From Bacteroidia bacterium (lineage in GTDB: Bacteria > Bacteroidota > Bacteroidia > 2-12-FULL-35-15): a stretch of DNA of 64,000 bases. Below are positions 45,800 through 54,250 of the stretch, in pieces. Every line of letters starts with the position of its first letter. Position 1 is the first letter of the stretch. A model generated the notes under the pieces. The model saw nothing but the letters and a program-made list of their open reading frames with translations, was not told the origin of the DNA and did not search any database. The position numbers were made by a program, and so were the translations under genes. The stretch is from assembly GCA_036386835.1 (NCBI GenBank), contig DASVUX010000028.1:66095-130094 (forward strand), written 5' to 3'.

Positions 45800-48778
45800 T
45801 TACTGATTTATGATCTGGACATATCCGTACTTTGGCTCTTTCAGCTCAGGGCCTTCGAGCACAAAGTAATATACGCCTTCTGAATGTCCTCCCCCGTTCC
45901 AGTCATTATGATAGTCTGTGCTTGTATATACTTTGCTTCCCCAGCGATTAAACACCGTTAAAGCTGTTCCCGGGAAGTATTCTATATTCCTGAATGCCAG
46001 CAGGTCATTTTTACCGTCACCATTCGGTGTGAATACATTCGGGATCTGCAGCTCGGTGATCACGTTATACTGACCGCTGATCGTATCCCAGCAGCCATTC
46101 TCACTCTGCACGGCATGAATAATCGTATATGTTCCTGCCGAAGCATAAAGATGTGAGGGGTCTTCAAGGAATGACCAGCTTCCCGTGCTATCACCAAAAT
46201 GCCAATACCAGTTTGTTATATTTCCTGCCGCGATAAGCGATGCATCAGTGAACTGGATTGTATTTCCAAGAAAGATCACATCAGGCGGAGAAGTGGAGTA
46301 AGCCGCGCTGGGCTTGCTGAACTGGCTTACGGTAACAGTATCTGCTGCGGAACAACCATTACTGTAACTTACTGTAACGAAATAATCACCATCTGAATTT
46401 ACAGTAATTGCTGTTGTATCCTGTAGTGTGGACCACATGTAATTTGCTCCTGCAGGAATGCTCGCATTTGCAACAAGAACGGAACTGTCTCCCGGGCAGA
46501 ATGATAATGTCCCTGTGATATCCACAAGCGGGTTTGCATTCACAATGGTTACCGGTGCTGAGGATGATGAGCAGCCATTCTGGCTTACAGTAACAAAATA
46601 CGTCCCGCTTCCTGCTACCACTGTATCGTTCGTACTGGAGTTCGACCAGGTGATGGAAGAATATAAAGCAGATGAATCAACATATATTGTTGCGAGATCA
46701 GCGTTACAGGTAAAGAAAGTTCCCAGGATCACGGGTGTAGGTGCAGGAACCGGTGCAGGAACAGTCATCGTGGTATCGGCAGTACATCCGTTTGCATAGG
46801 TAAGGGTAACAGTTATATTTCCTCCCGTATTAACGCTGGCTGTTGAAGATGATGATCCGTTCGTCCAGGAATAATTCGCCCCAGAAGGCGGGTTGGCCGC
46901 TGCGGTCAGCAATATGCTGTTCCCGGAGCAATAAGAAGTGATGCCACCTGCGGTGAGGGAATAATTGAAAGGGGAAACCGCGAATGGCGCAGAAGTGATC
47001 GTACAGCCGTTTATATCAACAACCGTAACAGTGTAAGGGCCGCTGGTACCGACTGTTATAGAATGATTCGTGCTGCCCGTTGACCAGTTATAGGTAGCAT
47101 AATTGATAGTGGTTGTAAGTGTTGCCGAATCACCGTTACAAAATGCTGTAACACCGGAGATCACCGGAGGCACGGGAGCAGTAACCGTAACCGGTGCAGA
47201 AACTCCTGTACAGCCATTTGTATCTGTAACTGTAAGTGTATAAGTTCCGAAACCGACATTAATGGAATCATTGGTGCTTGCATTGGACCAGGAATAAGAA
47301 GCGTAGATAAGCGAGTCGGAATAAAGGTTTGTTGAACCTCCGCAGGCATATGCGTAACCTGCGATCAGGGGTGTTGGTGAAGGATTAACAATCACATCCA
47401 CCACGTTGGTTTTATAACACCCGTTCTCGACTGAGGTCACCCAGTACTGACCGCTGGAATCCACCTGGATTGAAGTTGTTGTTTCACCCGTGTTCCAGAT
47501 GTAACTGTCGAATGTCGCAGGCGTTACACTAAGTGTTCCCTGGCTGCCTTCGCAGAACTCAAAGTTCCCGGCAATATTGGGATTGAAGCCTGCGAGCCCT
47601 GTTGTATCAACAAATACATTCACATTTATTACCGTGGTAGCTGCCGGAGTGCCATTATCAGTAGCAGTAAATGTTATTAAATGATAACCGGCATTTGCAG
47701 GGCTTGATATGATCTGCACCTGTCCGTTTGCGGAATTGCCCGATGTATTGGAAAGTATGGTCGCACCAGGCATGCCGTTCAGGTTGATGCCAAGTGATGT
47801 CGTCTGGCCGATCTCAGGCGCAAGGAACAGCCCGTTAAGGATAAGCGTATCGCCGGAAGCGCAAATATTGATCGTATCACAATTATTGAGTCCGCTTGAA
47901 ATAGGTGCGATGTTCGTAGAGCTGCAGGCGTTAAAGTAAAACGACTGATTATCCAGCCAGTCAACTCCATCCTCGCCACCATAACCGCCATCATATTGCA
48001 GGCCCGGGCTATCAAATCTTCCCATCTGGATATAATTAATACCATCACCTTTGTTCAATCCAACTGTTGCCGGTGATGCTCCTGTGCTGGTTCCTCCAAA
48101 ACCATTAACCCCACCGGAAGCTGCACCGGTTGTCCACTGCATATCCCCGTAATTGAAACCGATGTTATTCCCGGTAGGCAGGATAGGGTCAAGCCCGTCC
48201 GTTATGATCAGCTGGAAAGTATTCACCTTGTCGGTCATCATGCTGTAATAACCAACCCCCTGCCACGTAACGATCATATAAGTGGAAGTAAGTGTATAAA
48301 GCACTGTTCCCGTGCCGCGCGTATCTACATCCGCCCAGAAAGGCGCAACCATTATAAAATTCGGATCGGGAAAGGGATTGGAGGAAAATGTTCCGTAAGC
48401 CGTTCCGAAAGATATGTTCCCGTTATTATTTATATAGCATGAAGTATAGTTCGTCCCATAAAAACAAAACGTGAAAGGCAGATTAATAAGGTTGGAGCTT
48501 CCGTCATCATTAGGACCCATTGCTGGGATCCCGCCTGGGATGAAAGTGCTGCAGCCAGCCGGCATTTTGTGCACCATGACCGGATGTTCATTATTCGCCT
48601 TTGGCGCTGTTCCTTCAAGATTAATGATCTTTGCATTACCATTTATTTTTCCCTCTGCTTTCATCTGCTCATACTTCTCCGAACCGGTTGCCGGTATAAC
48701 AGATGATTGCGCGAAGATTTGGGAAACAAATAAACCTGTGAGAACAACTGATAAAATAATTTTTTTCATAGATATCAA
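45800..48778 (-). CDS. T9SS type-B C-terminal-sorting-domain cargo: NIDO-like N-domain plus multiple Ig/PKD-like repeats
   Basis: Signal peptide. NIDO-like 'LPFTFCFYGTNYTSCYINNNGNISFG'. Many Thr/Ser/Gly-rich beta repeats. C-terminal 'IPNVFTPNGDGKNDLL...' gliding-motility-associated CTD. Confidence 0.8.
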   Translation of the reverse strand: MISMKKIILSVVLTGLFVSQIFAQSSVIPATGSEKYEQMKAEGKINGNAKIINLEGTAPKANNEHPVMVHKMPAGCSTFIPGGIPAMGPNDDGSSNLINLPFTFCFYGTNYTSCYINNNGNISFGTAYGTFSSNPFPDPNFIMVAPFWADVDTRGTGTVLYTLTSTYMIVTWQGVGYYSMMTDKVNTFQLIITDGLDPILPTGNNIGFNYGDMQWTTGAASGGVNGFGGTSTGASPATVGLNKGDGINYIQMGRFDSPGLQYDGGYGGEDGVDWLDNQSFYFNACSSTNIAPISSGLNNCDTINICASGDTLILNGLFLAPEIGQTTSLGINLNGMPGATILSNTSGNSANGQVQIISSPANAGYHLITFTATDNGTPAATTVINVNVFVDTTGLAGFNPNIAGNFEFCEGSQGTLSVTPATFDSYIWNTGETTTSIQVDSSGQYWVTSVENGCYKTNVVDVIVNPSPTPLIAGYAYACGGSTNLYSDSLIYASYSWSNASTNDSINVGFGTYTLTVTDTNGCTGVSAPVTVTAPVPPVISGVTAFCNGDSATLTTTINYATYNWSTGSTNHSITVGTSGPYTVTVVDINGCTITSAPFAVSPFNYSLTAGGITSYCSGNSILLTAAANPPSGANYSWTNGSSSSTASVNTGGNITVTLTYANGCTADTTMTVPAPVPAPTPVILGTFFTCNADLATIYVDSSALYSSITWSNSSTNDTVVAGSGTYFVTVSQNGCSSSSAPVTIVNANPLVDITGTLSFCPGDSSVLVANASIPAGANYMWSTLQDTTAITVNSDGDYFVTVSYSNGCSAADTVTVSQFSKPSAAYSTSPPDVIFLGNTIQFTDASLIAAGNITNWYWHFGDSTGSWSFLEDPSHLYASAGTYTIIHAVQSENGCWDTISGQYNVITELQIPNVFTPNGDGKNDLLAFRNIEYFPGTALTVFNRWGSKVYTSTDYHNDWNGGGHSEGVYYFVLEGPELKEPKYGYVQIINQ

Positions 48779-48863
48779 ATGATGTTTATTACTGAAGGAT
48801 GTAAATGTAAAAAAATTGACATTGCCACGGCATTAAAATCAGACTCATTCTTAGCTTTCGGGG

Positions 48864-50282
48864 TTGCATCTGTTTACAAAAAAAGAGTTCGGAATTCATC
48901 CGCAGGATTCTGTGAAAGCCTGTATATTTGCCACCCTTATGGCCGGCATCTTATCTTCCGAATACCTCAAAAGCTACAGGGCTACCTTTTCCCTTGCGTA
49001 CCCAGTGGTGCTGAGCCAGCTCGGGCATATCATGGTTGGTGTAGTGGACACTGCGATGGTCGGACAAATAGGTACGGTCGAACAAGCTGCCGTGGCGCTT
49101 TCCAACAGCCTTTACACACTGGTGCTTGTATTCGGGCTGGGGGTTTCCTATGGCGTTACCCCCCTGGTGGCTGCAGCCGACAGCTCTAAGGATATCGGGT
49201 TGAACGCGCAGCTCCTCAGGCACGGGATTGTGATCAACACGGTCCTCGGGATCTTATTATTCGTTCTGCTTTTTTTCAGCTCTCCTGTCCTGAATCTTTT
49301 TGACCAGAAACCAGAGGTGGTGGATCTTGCCATCCCGTTTTTAAATGTGATGATGCTTGGCATGATCCCCTTATGCATTTTCTCAGGGTTCAAGCAATTC
49401 ACGGAAGGTCTTTCTTTTACGGGCATTGCAATGCTCATCACGATAGGATCAAACTTACTGAACGTATTATTGAATTACCTGATGATCTTCGGCCATTGGG
49501 GCTTCCCCGAAATGGGCCTGATGGGATCCTGCTGGGCCAGCTTTATTGCACGGATGGTGATGGCCATAGCCATGTTCCTGTATGTATATTATAACAGGCA
49601 TTTCAGGCAATACAGGGCAGGGTTCTCTTTCCGAAACCTTTCAAAAGAGCTTACAAAAAAGATCCTGAACATCGGGATACCCTCCGGGCTGCAGTGGGTG
49701 TTTGAAGTAGGTGCCTTTGCGTTTGCCGTGATCATGATCGGCTGGATCAGTCCGAATGCACAGGCGGCCCACCAGGTCGCGCTCAGTATTGCAGCAACAA
49801 CCTACATGATGGCAAGCGGCTTATCTGCGGCAGCTTCCGTGCGCGTGGGAAACATGGCCGGACTGCATAACCGTGAAGGCGTGAGGATTGCAGGCTTCAG
49901 CGCGTTCATCATGGTGCTTGCATTCATGAGCATCTGCGCATTGTGCTTTATTTTGTTTAAGGATAGCCTGCCGGTAATATTCAACAAAGACACAGAAGTT
50001 ATTTCAATCGCATCAGCATTATTGGTGATCGCGGCATTCTTTCAATTAAGTGACGGGGTCCAGGTTGTAGGTCTTGGCGCGTTAAGGGGCGTAAAGGATG
50101 TTACACTCCCAACCATCATCACACTGGTAGCTTACTGGGTGATCGGTTTACCGATGAGTTATGTATTCGCTTTTAAAATGGGGCTTGGCGCAGAAGGTGT
50201 ATGGTACGGATTATCACTTGGCCTGACGATAGCAGCTGTTTCTTTGTTCTTTCGTTTTAATTATGTGAGCAGGAAGGTTTGA
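48864..50282 (+). CDS. MATE-family multidrug efflux transporter
   Basis: 12 TM. 'LAYPVVLSQLGHIMVGVVDTAMVGQ' MATE N-lobe signature. The start could alternatively be the Met at 48939. Confidence 0.85.
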   Translation: MHLFTKKEFGIHPQDSVKACIFATLMAGILSSEYLKSYRATFSLAYPVVLSQLGHIMVGVVDTAMVGQIGTVEQAAVALSNSLYTLVLVFGLGVSYGVTPLVAAADSSKDIGLNAQLLRHGIVINTVLGILLFVLLFFSSPVLNLFDQKPEVVDLAIPFLNVMMLGMIPLCIFSGFKQFTEGLSFTGIAMLITIGSNLLNVLLNYLMIFGHWGFPEMGLMGSCWASFIARMVMAIAMFLYVYYNRHFRQYRAGFSFRNLSKELTKKILNIGIPSGLQWVFEVGAFAFAVIMIGWISPNAQAAHQVALSIAATTYMMASGLSAAASVRVGNMAGLHNREGVRIAGFSAFIMVLAFMSICALCFILFKDSLPVIFNKDTEVISIASALLVIAAFFQLSDGVQVVGLGALRGVKDVTLPTIITLVAYWVIGLPMSYVFAFKMGLGAEGVWYGLSLGLTIAAVSLFFRFNYVSRKV

Positions 50283-50685
50283 TAATGTACCGCAGGGTTA
50301 TCGTCATCCTGTGCTCCGGGACGGATCTGTTGATTTAAAGTTAACAATAACAGATCTCTTGACTACGCTCGAGATGACACCGCTCGAAATGACATCTTAA
50401 GTGCAGGATTATTAGTTGTCATTTCGAGCGGAGTCGAGAAATAGACTACGACAATTTAACTCTTCGCCTGATATACCGAAGATACGCATTTGTGGGTTGT
50501 CATCGATTAAGTTTGACATTCAACGCATGGACTCATTGAAAGCAGGTAATTGAAACTGCTAACATTTTGAGATCCCGTATCAGGCACGGGATGACGTTTC
50601 CATGAAAAAATATAGTTTGCAATAAAAAGATCCCTCCGCTGCGGTCGGGATGACATTGTCTGGAGCGACCGGGTATGCACGTTGA
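50283..50685. repeat. 403-bp convergent intergenic region packed with palindromic repeats. The repeats are: 'CGCTCGA(G/A)ATGACA' in direct and inverted copies forming a 15-bp-stem hairpin; 'TGTCATTTCGAGCGGAGTCGAGAAAT'; and three 'CGGGATGAC' units.
   Basis: Hairpin arms at 50380-50394 and 50417-50431. Matches to 30204-30234 and 43003-43035. 'GGGATGAC' or its inverse occurs at 50302-50310, 50588-50597 and 50647-50656. Confidence 0.65.
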
Positions 50686-52596
50686 TCACATCATCTCACT
50701 TAACTCTAACCACCTCAAACCTTTTTCATCCAGCTCCGCTATGATTTTGGAAATACGCATTGAACATTTCGTAATCTCTTCATGGTCCGAAAGGCTGTTC
50801 ATCTTCTCTGATAAAGCAGCTTTTTCTTTTTCCAGAACAGCAATATCTTTTTCCAGTTGCTCGAATTCGGATTTCTCCCTGAAACTCGGTTTCTTTTTAC
50901 CGGCAAGCGGTTCAGCTGTTTTTACTGCCACTGGTTCTGCTTTCTTTTCCTCTGCCTTTTCCGCATGAGCAATCTGCCCAGCGGGTTTAGCCCTGTCCTC
51001 CTGCTCTTTCCTGTCGCGGTACTCAGTATAGTTACCCGGGAAATCACGCACAACACCTTCGCCTTCAAAAACAAAAAGGTGGTCCACCAGCTTATCCATA
51101 AAGTAACGATCATGCGTCACGATCAATACACAACCCTGGAAACCGGTCAGGAAGTCTTCAAGTACGCTTAGCGTAACAATATCAAGATCGTTTGTAGGCT
51201 CATCGAGAATAAGGAAATTCGGGTTCTTGATCAGGATGGTCATCAGGAACAAACGCCTCCTTTCACCTCCGCTGAGCTTCGAAACAAAACCATACTGTAC
51301 GTCAGGCGGAAATAAGAACTTGGTAAGCAGCGCTGATGCGCTGAGTTTGGAGCCATCTGCAAGCGGGATGAATTCTGCAATATCTTTTACAATTTCAATC
51401 ACGCGTTTATCCTCATTCAGCTTCATGCCTTCCTGCGAATAATAACCATACACAATTGTTTCACCCGTGGAGATCGTTCCTGCATCCGGCTTGTCCAGCT
51501 CCATGATCATATTCAGGAAAGTTGATTTCCCTGCACCGTTCTTTCCTACAACACCTATCTTCTCCCCTTTTTTAAATACGTATGAAAAGCCATTGATGAT
51601 CTTCGTAGCGCCAAAAGCTTTCTTGATATTCACCACTTCAAGGATCTTTCCACCGATGCGGTTCATCTTCACGCCCAGCTCCAGCTTCTCTTCTTTCTTC
51701 CCGCTGAATGCTTTATCCTTTGTCACCTCGAACTGGTCAACACGGTATTTTGCTTTTGTACCCCGCGCCCGCGGCATTTTACGAACCCACTCCAGTTCGC
51801 GGGTATATAAGTTCTTTGCCTTATCTATCTCGCTGCTTTCAATTGCTTCGCGCTCTGCTTTCTTCTCAATGTAATACTGGAAATTTCCTTTGTAGTTATA
51901 CAGCTTGGTATTATCTATCTCTATGATCTCTGTGCAGACACTGTCCAGGAAATACCTGTCATGCGTTACCAGTAAAAGTGTCAGGTCTTTATTGATCAGG
52001 TAATTCTCCAGCCATTCGATCATCTCCACATCAAGGTGATTGGTTGGCTCATCGAGGATCAACAACTGTGGTTCATCAATCAGCACCTTTGCAAGGGCCA
52101 CACGTTTTTTCTGTCCACCGGAAAGAACTCCGATCTGCTTATCGAGGAATTTAATTTTCAGCCGCTGCAATACTTCGGTCACTTTCGCCTCCATCTGCCA
52201 TGCATCGAGATCGTTCATCCGCTCGGTCGCCCTTTCAAGGCGATCAGATGTTTTATCATTCATTTCCTTTTCAAAGTCTTCCAATGCGAATTCGTATTCA
52301 CGCACTGCATTCAATGCAGGATTGCTGGTCTTATAGATTGCTTCAACAACAGTATCTTCTTCATTAAAGACAGGGTTTTGGTTCAGGTAGGTAACGGTGA
52401 TATCTTTACGGAACGTCACGCTTCCTTCATCCGCTATCTCTTTTCCTGTAATGATTTTTAACAATGTTGATTTTCCGGCACCGTTCTTCGCAATAAGTGC
52501 GATCCGTTGTCCCTGGTTAAGCCCGAAGCTGATCTTGTCAAATAATTTCTTCGCCCCGTATGCTTTGGATACTGCTTCTACTGATAGGTAATTCAA
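50686..52596 (-). CDS. ABC-F family ATPase (two ABC domains, no TMD), Uup/YbiT/EttA-like
   Basis: Two Walker A motifs ('GKNGAGKST'), two 'LSGG' signatures, and a C-terminal coiled-coil tail. Confidence 0.9.
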   Translation of the reverse strand: MNYLSVEAVSKAYGAKKLFDKISFGLNQGQRIALIAKNGAGKSTLLKIITGKEIADEGSVTFRKDITVTYLNQNPVFNEEDTVVEAIYKTSNPALNAVREYEFALEDFEKEMNDKTSDRLERATERMNDLDAWQMEAKVTEVLQRLKIKFLDKQIGVLSGGQKKRVALAKVLIDEPQLLILDEPTNHLDVEMIEWLENYLINKDLTLLLVTHDRYFLDSVCTEIIEIDNTKLYNYKGNFQYYIEKKAEREAIESSEIDKAKNLYTRELEWVRKMPRARGTKAKYRVDQFEVTKDKAFSGKKEEKLELGVKMNRIGGKILEVVNIKKAFGATKIINGFSYVFKKGEKIGVVGKNGAGKSTFLNMIMELDKPDAGTISTGETIVYGYYSQEGMKLNEDKRVIEIVKDIAEFIPLADGSKLSASALLTKFLFPPDVQYGFVSKLSGGERRRLFLMTILIKNPNFLILDEPTNDLDIVTLSVLEDFLTGFQGCVLIVTHDRYFMDKLVDHLFVFEGEGVVRDFPGNYTEYRDRKEQEDRAKPAGQIAHAEKAEEKKAEPVAVKTAEPLAGKKKPSFREKSEFEQLEKDIAVLEKEKAALSEKMNSLSDHEEITKCSMRISKIIAELDEKGLRWLELSEMM

Positions 52597-52736
52597 TGTG
52601 TAAAAAGTTAATGGTTAATGTTAAAAGTTAATTGTTATCGTTCTATATAAATTTAACCCCGGTTTTACCGGAGACAATCTTATAAATCAACTCTCAACTG
52701 GTAACTTCCCTTTTAAGGGGCGCAAATATAGCGAAT

Positions 52737-53465
52737 TTATTGCTTGGGGGCATCATCGGGGGCAGGCTCTCCCGGTTTTTTCGGAACAATAGTGTAAGTG
52801 ATCTGGATGGGATTGTCTTCCACAACATGTATTTCATTTTCCTGCTCACCGCTTACATCAATCAGTGCATTTTCCTCATCCGTACCGAGATCATATACAC
52901 GGGGCGGAGGTCCTTCGGTTTTAAAATTATAGGAAGTGATGAGTCCGGCAAGCGCACCGAGCATGTGTGATTCCCAGGAAACCCCTTCTTTGATGGGAAA
53001 AATACCCCAAACAGTCCCTCCATAAATAAATACTACAAAAAGCGAAAGGGCAAGAAGGCGGGTGTCTTTACGGAAAACCCCGCTGAAAAACAGGAAAGCG
53101 ACAAAGCCGTAAAGAATCCCGCTGGCACCGATGTGATAAGAATCTCGCGCGGCCGCCCAAACCCAGATGCCCGTCATGATGTACACCCAGAAAAAAACCT
53201 GGAAAGCAATCGAACGGTAGAAATAAAATATGATGCTTCCTAAGATAAGCAGCGGCACCGTGTTGGAGATAAGATGGTCATAATCGGCATGTAATAATGG
53301 CGCTACAAGCACCCCGATCAAACCATGGATTGTTCTCGGATAAATCCCGTACCAGGCCAGGCTCTCATGCGACAGCACCTCGTAAAATTTTATAATCCAC
53401 AAAATGGCAATGAATGCCAAAGGATATAAAAAGCTGGATAATACTTTTGAGGTTTTATTACGCAT
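52737..53465 (-). CDS. Rhomboid-family intramembrane serine protease
   Basis: 6-7 TM. 'GASGILYG' catalytic Ser motif and a downstream 'HMLGALAG' His. Confidence 0.85.
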   Translation of the reverse strand: MRNKTSKVLSSFLYPLAFIAILWIIKFYEVLSHESLAWYGIYPRTIHGLIGVLVAPLLHADYDHLISNTVPLLILGSIIFYFYRSIAFQVFFWVYIMTGIWVWAAARDSYHIGASGILYGFVAFLFFSGVFRKDTRLLALSLFVVFIYGGTVWGIFPIKEGVSWESHMLGALAGLITSYNFKTEGPPPRVYDLGTDEENALIDVSGEQENEIHVVEDNPIQITYTIVPKKPGEPAPDDAPKQ

Positions 53466-53569
53466 AACAGGGTTTCAACAAATTTTTCCAGTCAATGTTT
53501 ATACCAAAAACGCTTTGTGTCAGAAAGGCATTAATTATTTTTTCATTAACGGATAATTATTAATTTTAC

Positions 53570-54112
53570 ATGCAGCGAATGAAAAGGGTCCTCACATTCT
53601 TTCTTTTATCTATCTTCCTGTTCAATACGATGGGCTATTTTGTAGTTTTTAAGATCGGCCGGGACCATATAAAGAGAGCGCTTAAGCAGGATATTGAGAA
53701 TGGGATTCTTCATACTTCCATTTCCACCATTGTAATACCGAATACCGAACTTAATGACCTCAGCTGGCTGGAGCATGATGAATTCGAATACAATCATGAA
53801 CGTTATGATGTTTTAAGAATTGCAGAAGATGAGAACAGCACCACTTTTTACTGCATTCATGATAAAAAAGAAACTCATCTTTTCAGTAAGCTGTCAAAAC
53901 ATGTTAAGGACCATGTTGCGCAAAATAAGCAGCCGTTCAAGCATTCAAAATCCAAGAACATTCTTGACAATTCCGAAAAAATCCTGGAAAGCTCCATGAT
54001 TTCTTTTGCATCTCCTTTCATATTCACTGAAAAAGTTGAACTGACACCCCCCTTCTCAACTTACAAGTTCCAGTTTGTAAGTTACAATTTTCAGCCCCCC
54101 GAAACAACCTGA
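53570..54112 (+). CDS. Hypothetical membrane-anchored protein
   Basis: N-terminal TM or signal ('VLTFFLLSIFLFNTMGYFVVF'). No recognisable domain. Confidence 0.4.
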   Translation: MQRMKRVLTFFLLSIFLFNTMGYFVVFKIGRDHIKRALKQDIENGILHTSISTIVIPNTELNDLSWLEHDEFEYNHERYDVLRIAEDENSTTFYCIHDKKETHLFSKLSKHVKDHVAQNKQPFKHSKSKNILDNSEKILESSMISFASPFIFTEKVELTPPFSTYKFQFVSYNFQPPETT

Positions 54113-54250
54113 TTCGTTCCCTTTTATAATTTCAGAATTATCAATTGACCCGGCAACATTATACTGCTGTTGGTGTATTAATTTGCAATGCGCGGATGGC
54201 GAACTGCTGAACGTGCGCATTGCCTGTCAATCATTATCTAAAATCTCAAA

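Noticed and set aside
46458-46799. Several 60-110-aa plus-strand ORFs inside the T9SS cargo gene (also 48471-48782 and 47709-47939)
   Set aside because: They are low-complexity antisense ORFs in a Thr/Ser/Gly-rich repeat gene. They are not independent genes.
54113-54250. Possible cobalamin, TPP or other riboswitch ahead of the TonB-dependent receptor, and a purine riboswitch ahead of purE (32112-32235)
   Set aside because: Neither spacer contains the conserved cores I would expect (B12 box 'GCCACTG', TPP 'CTGAGA', purine 'TATA..GGGA...CTAC'). They are too short or AT-plain to support a call.
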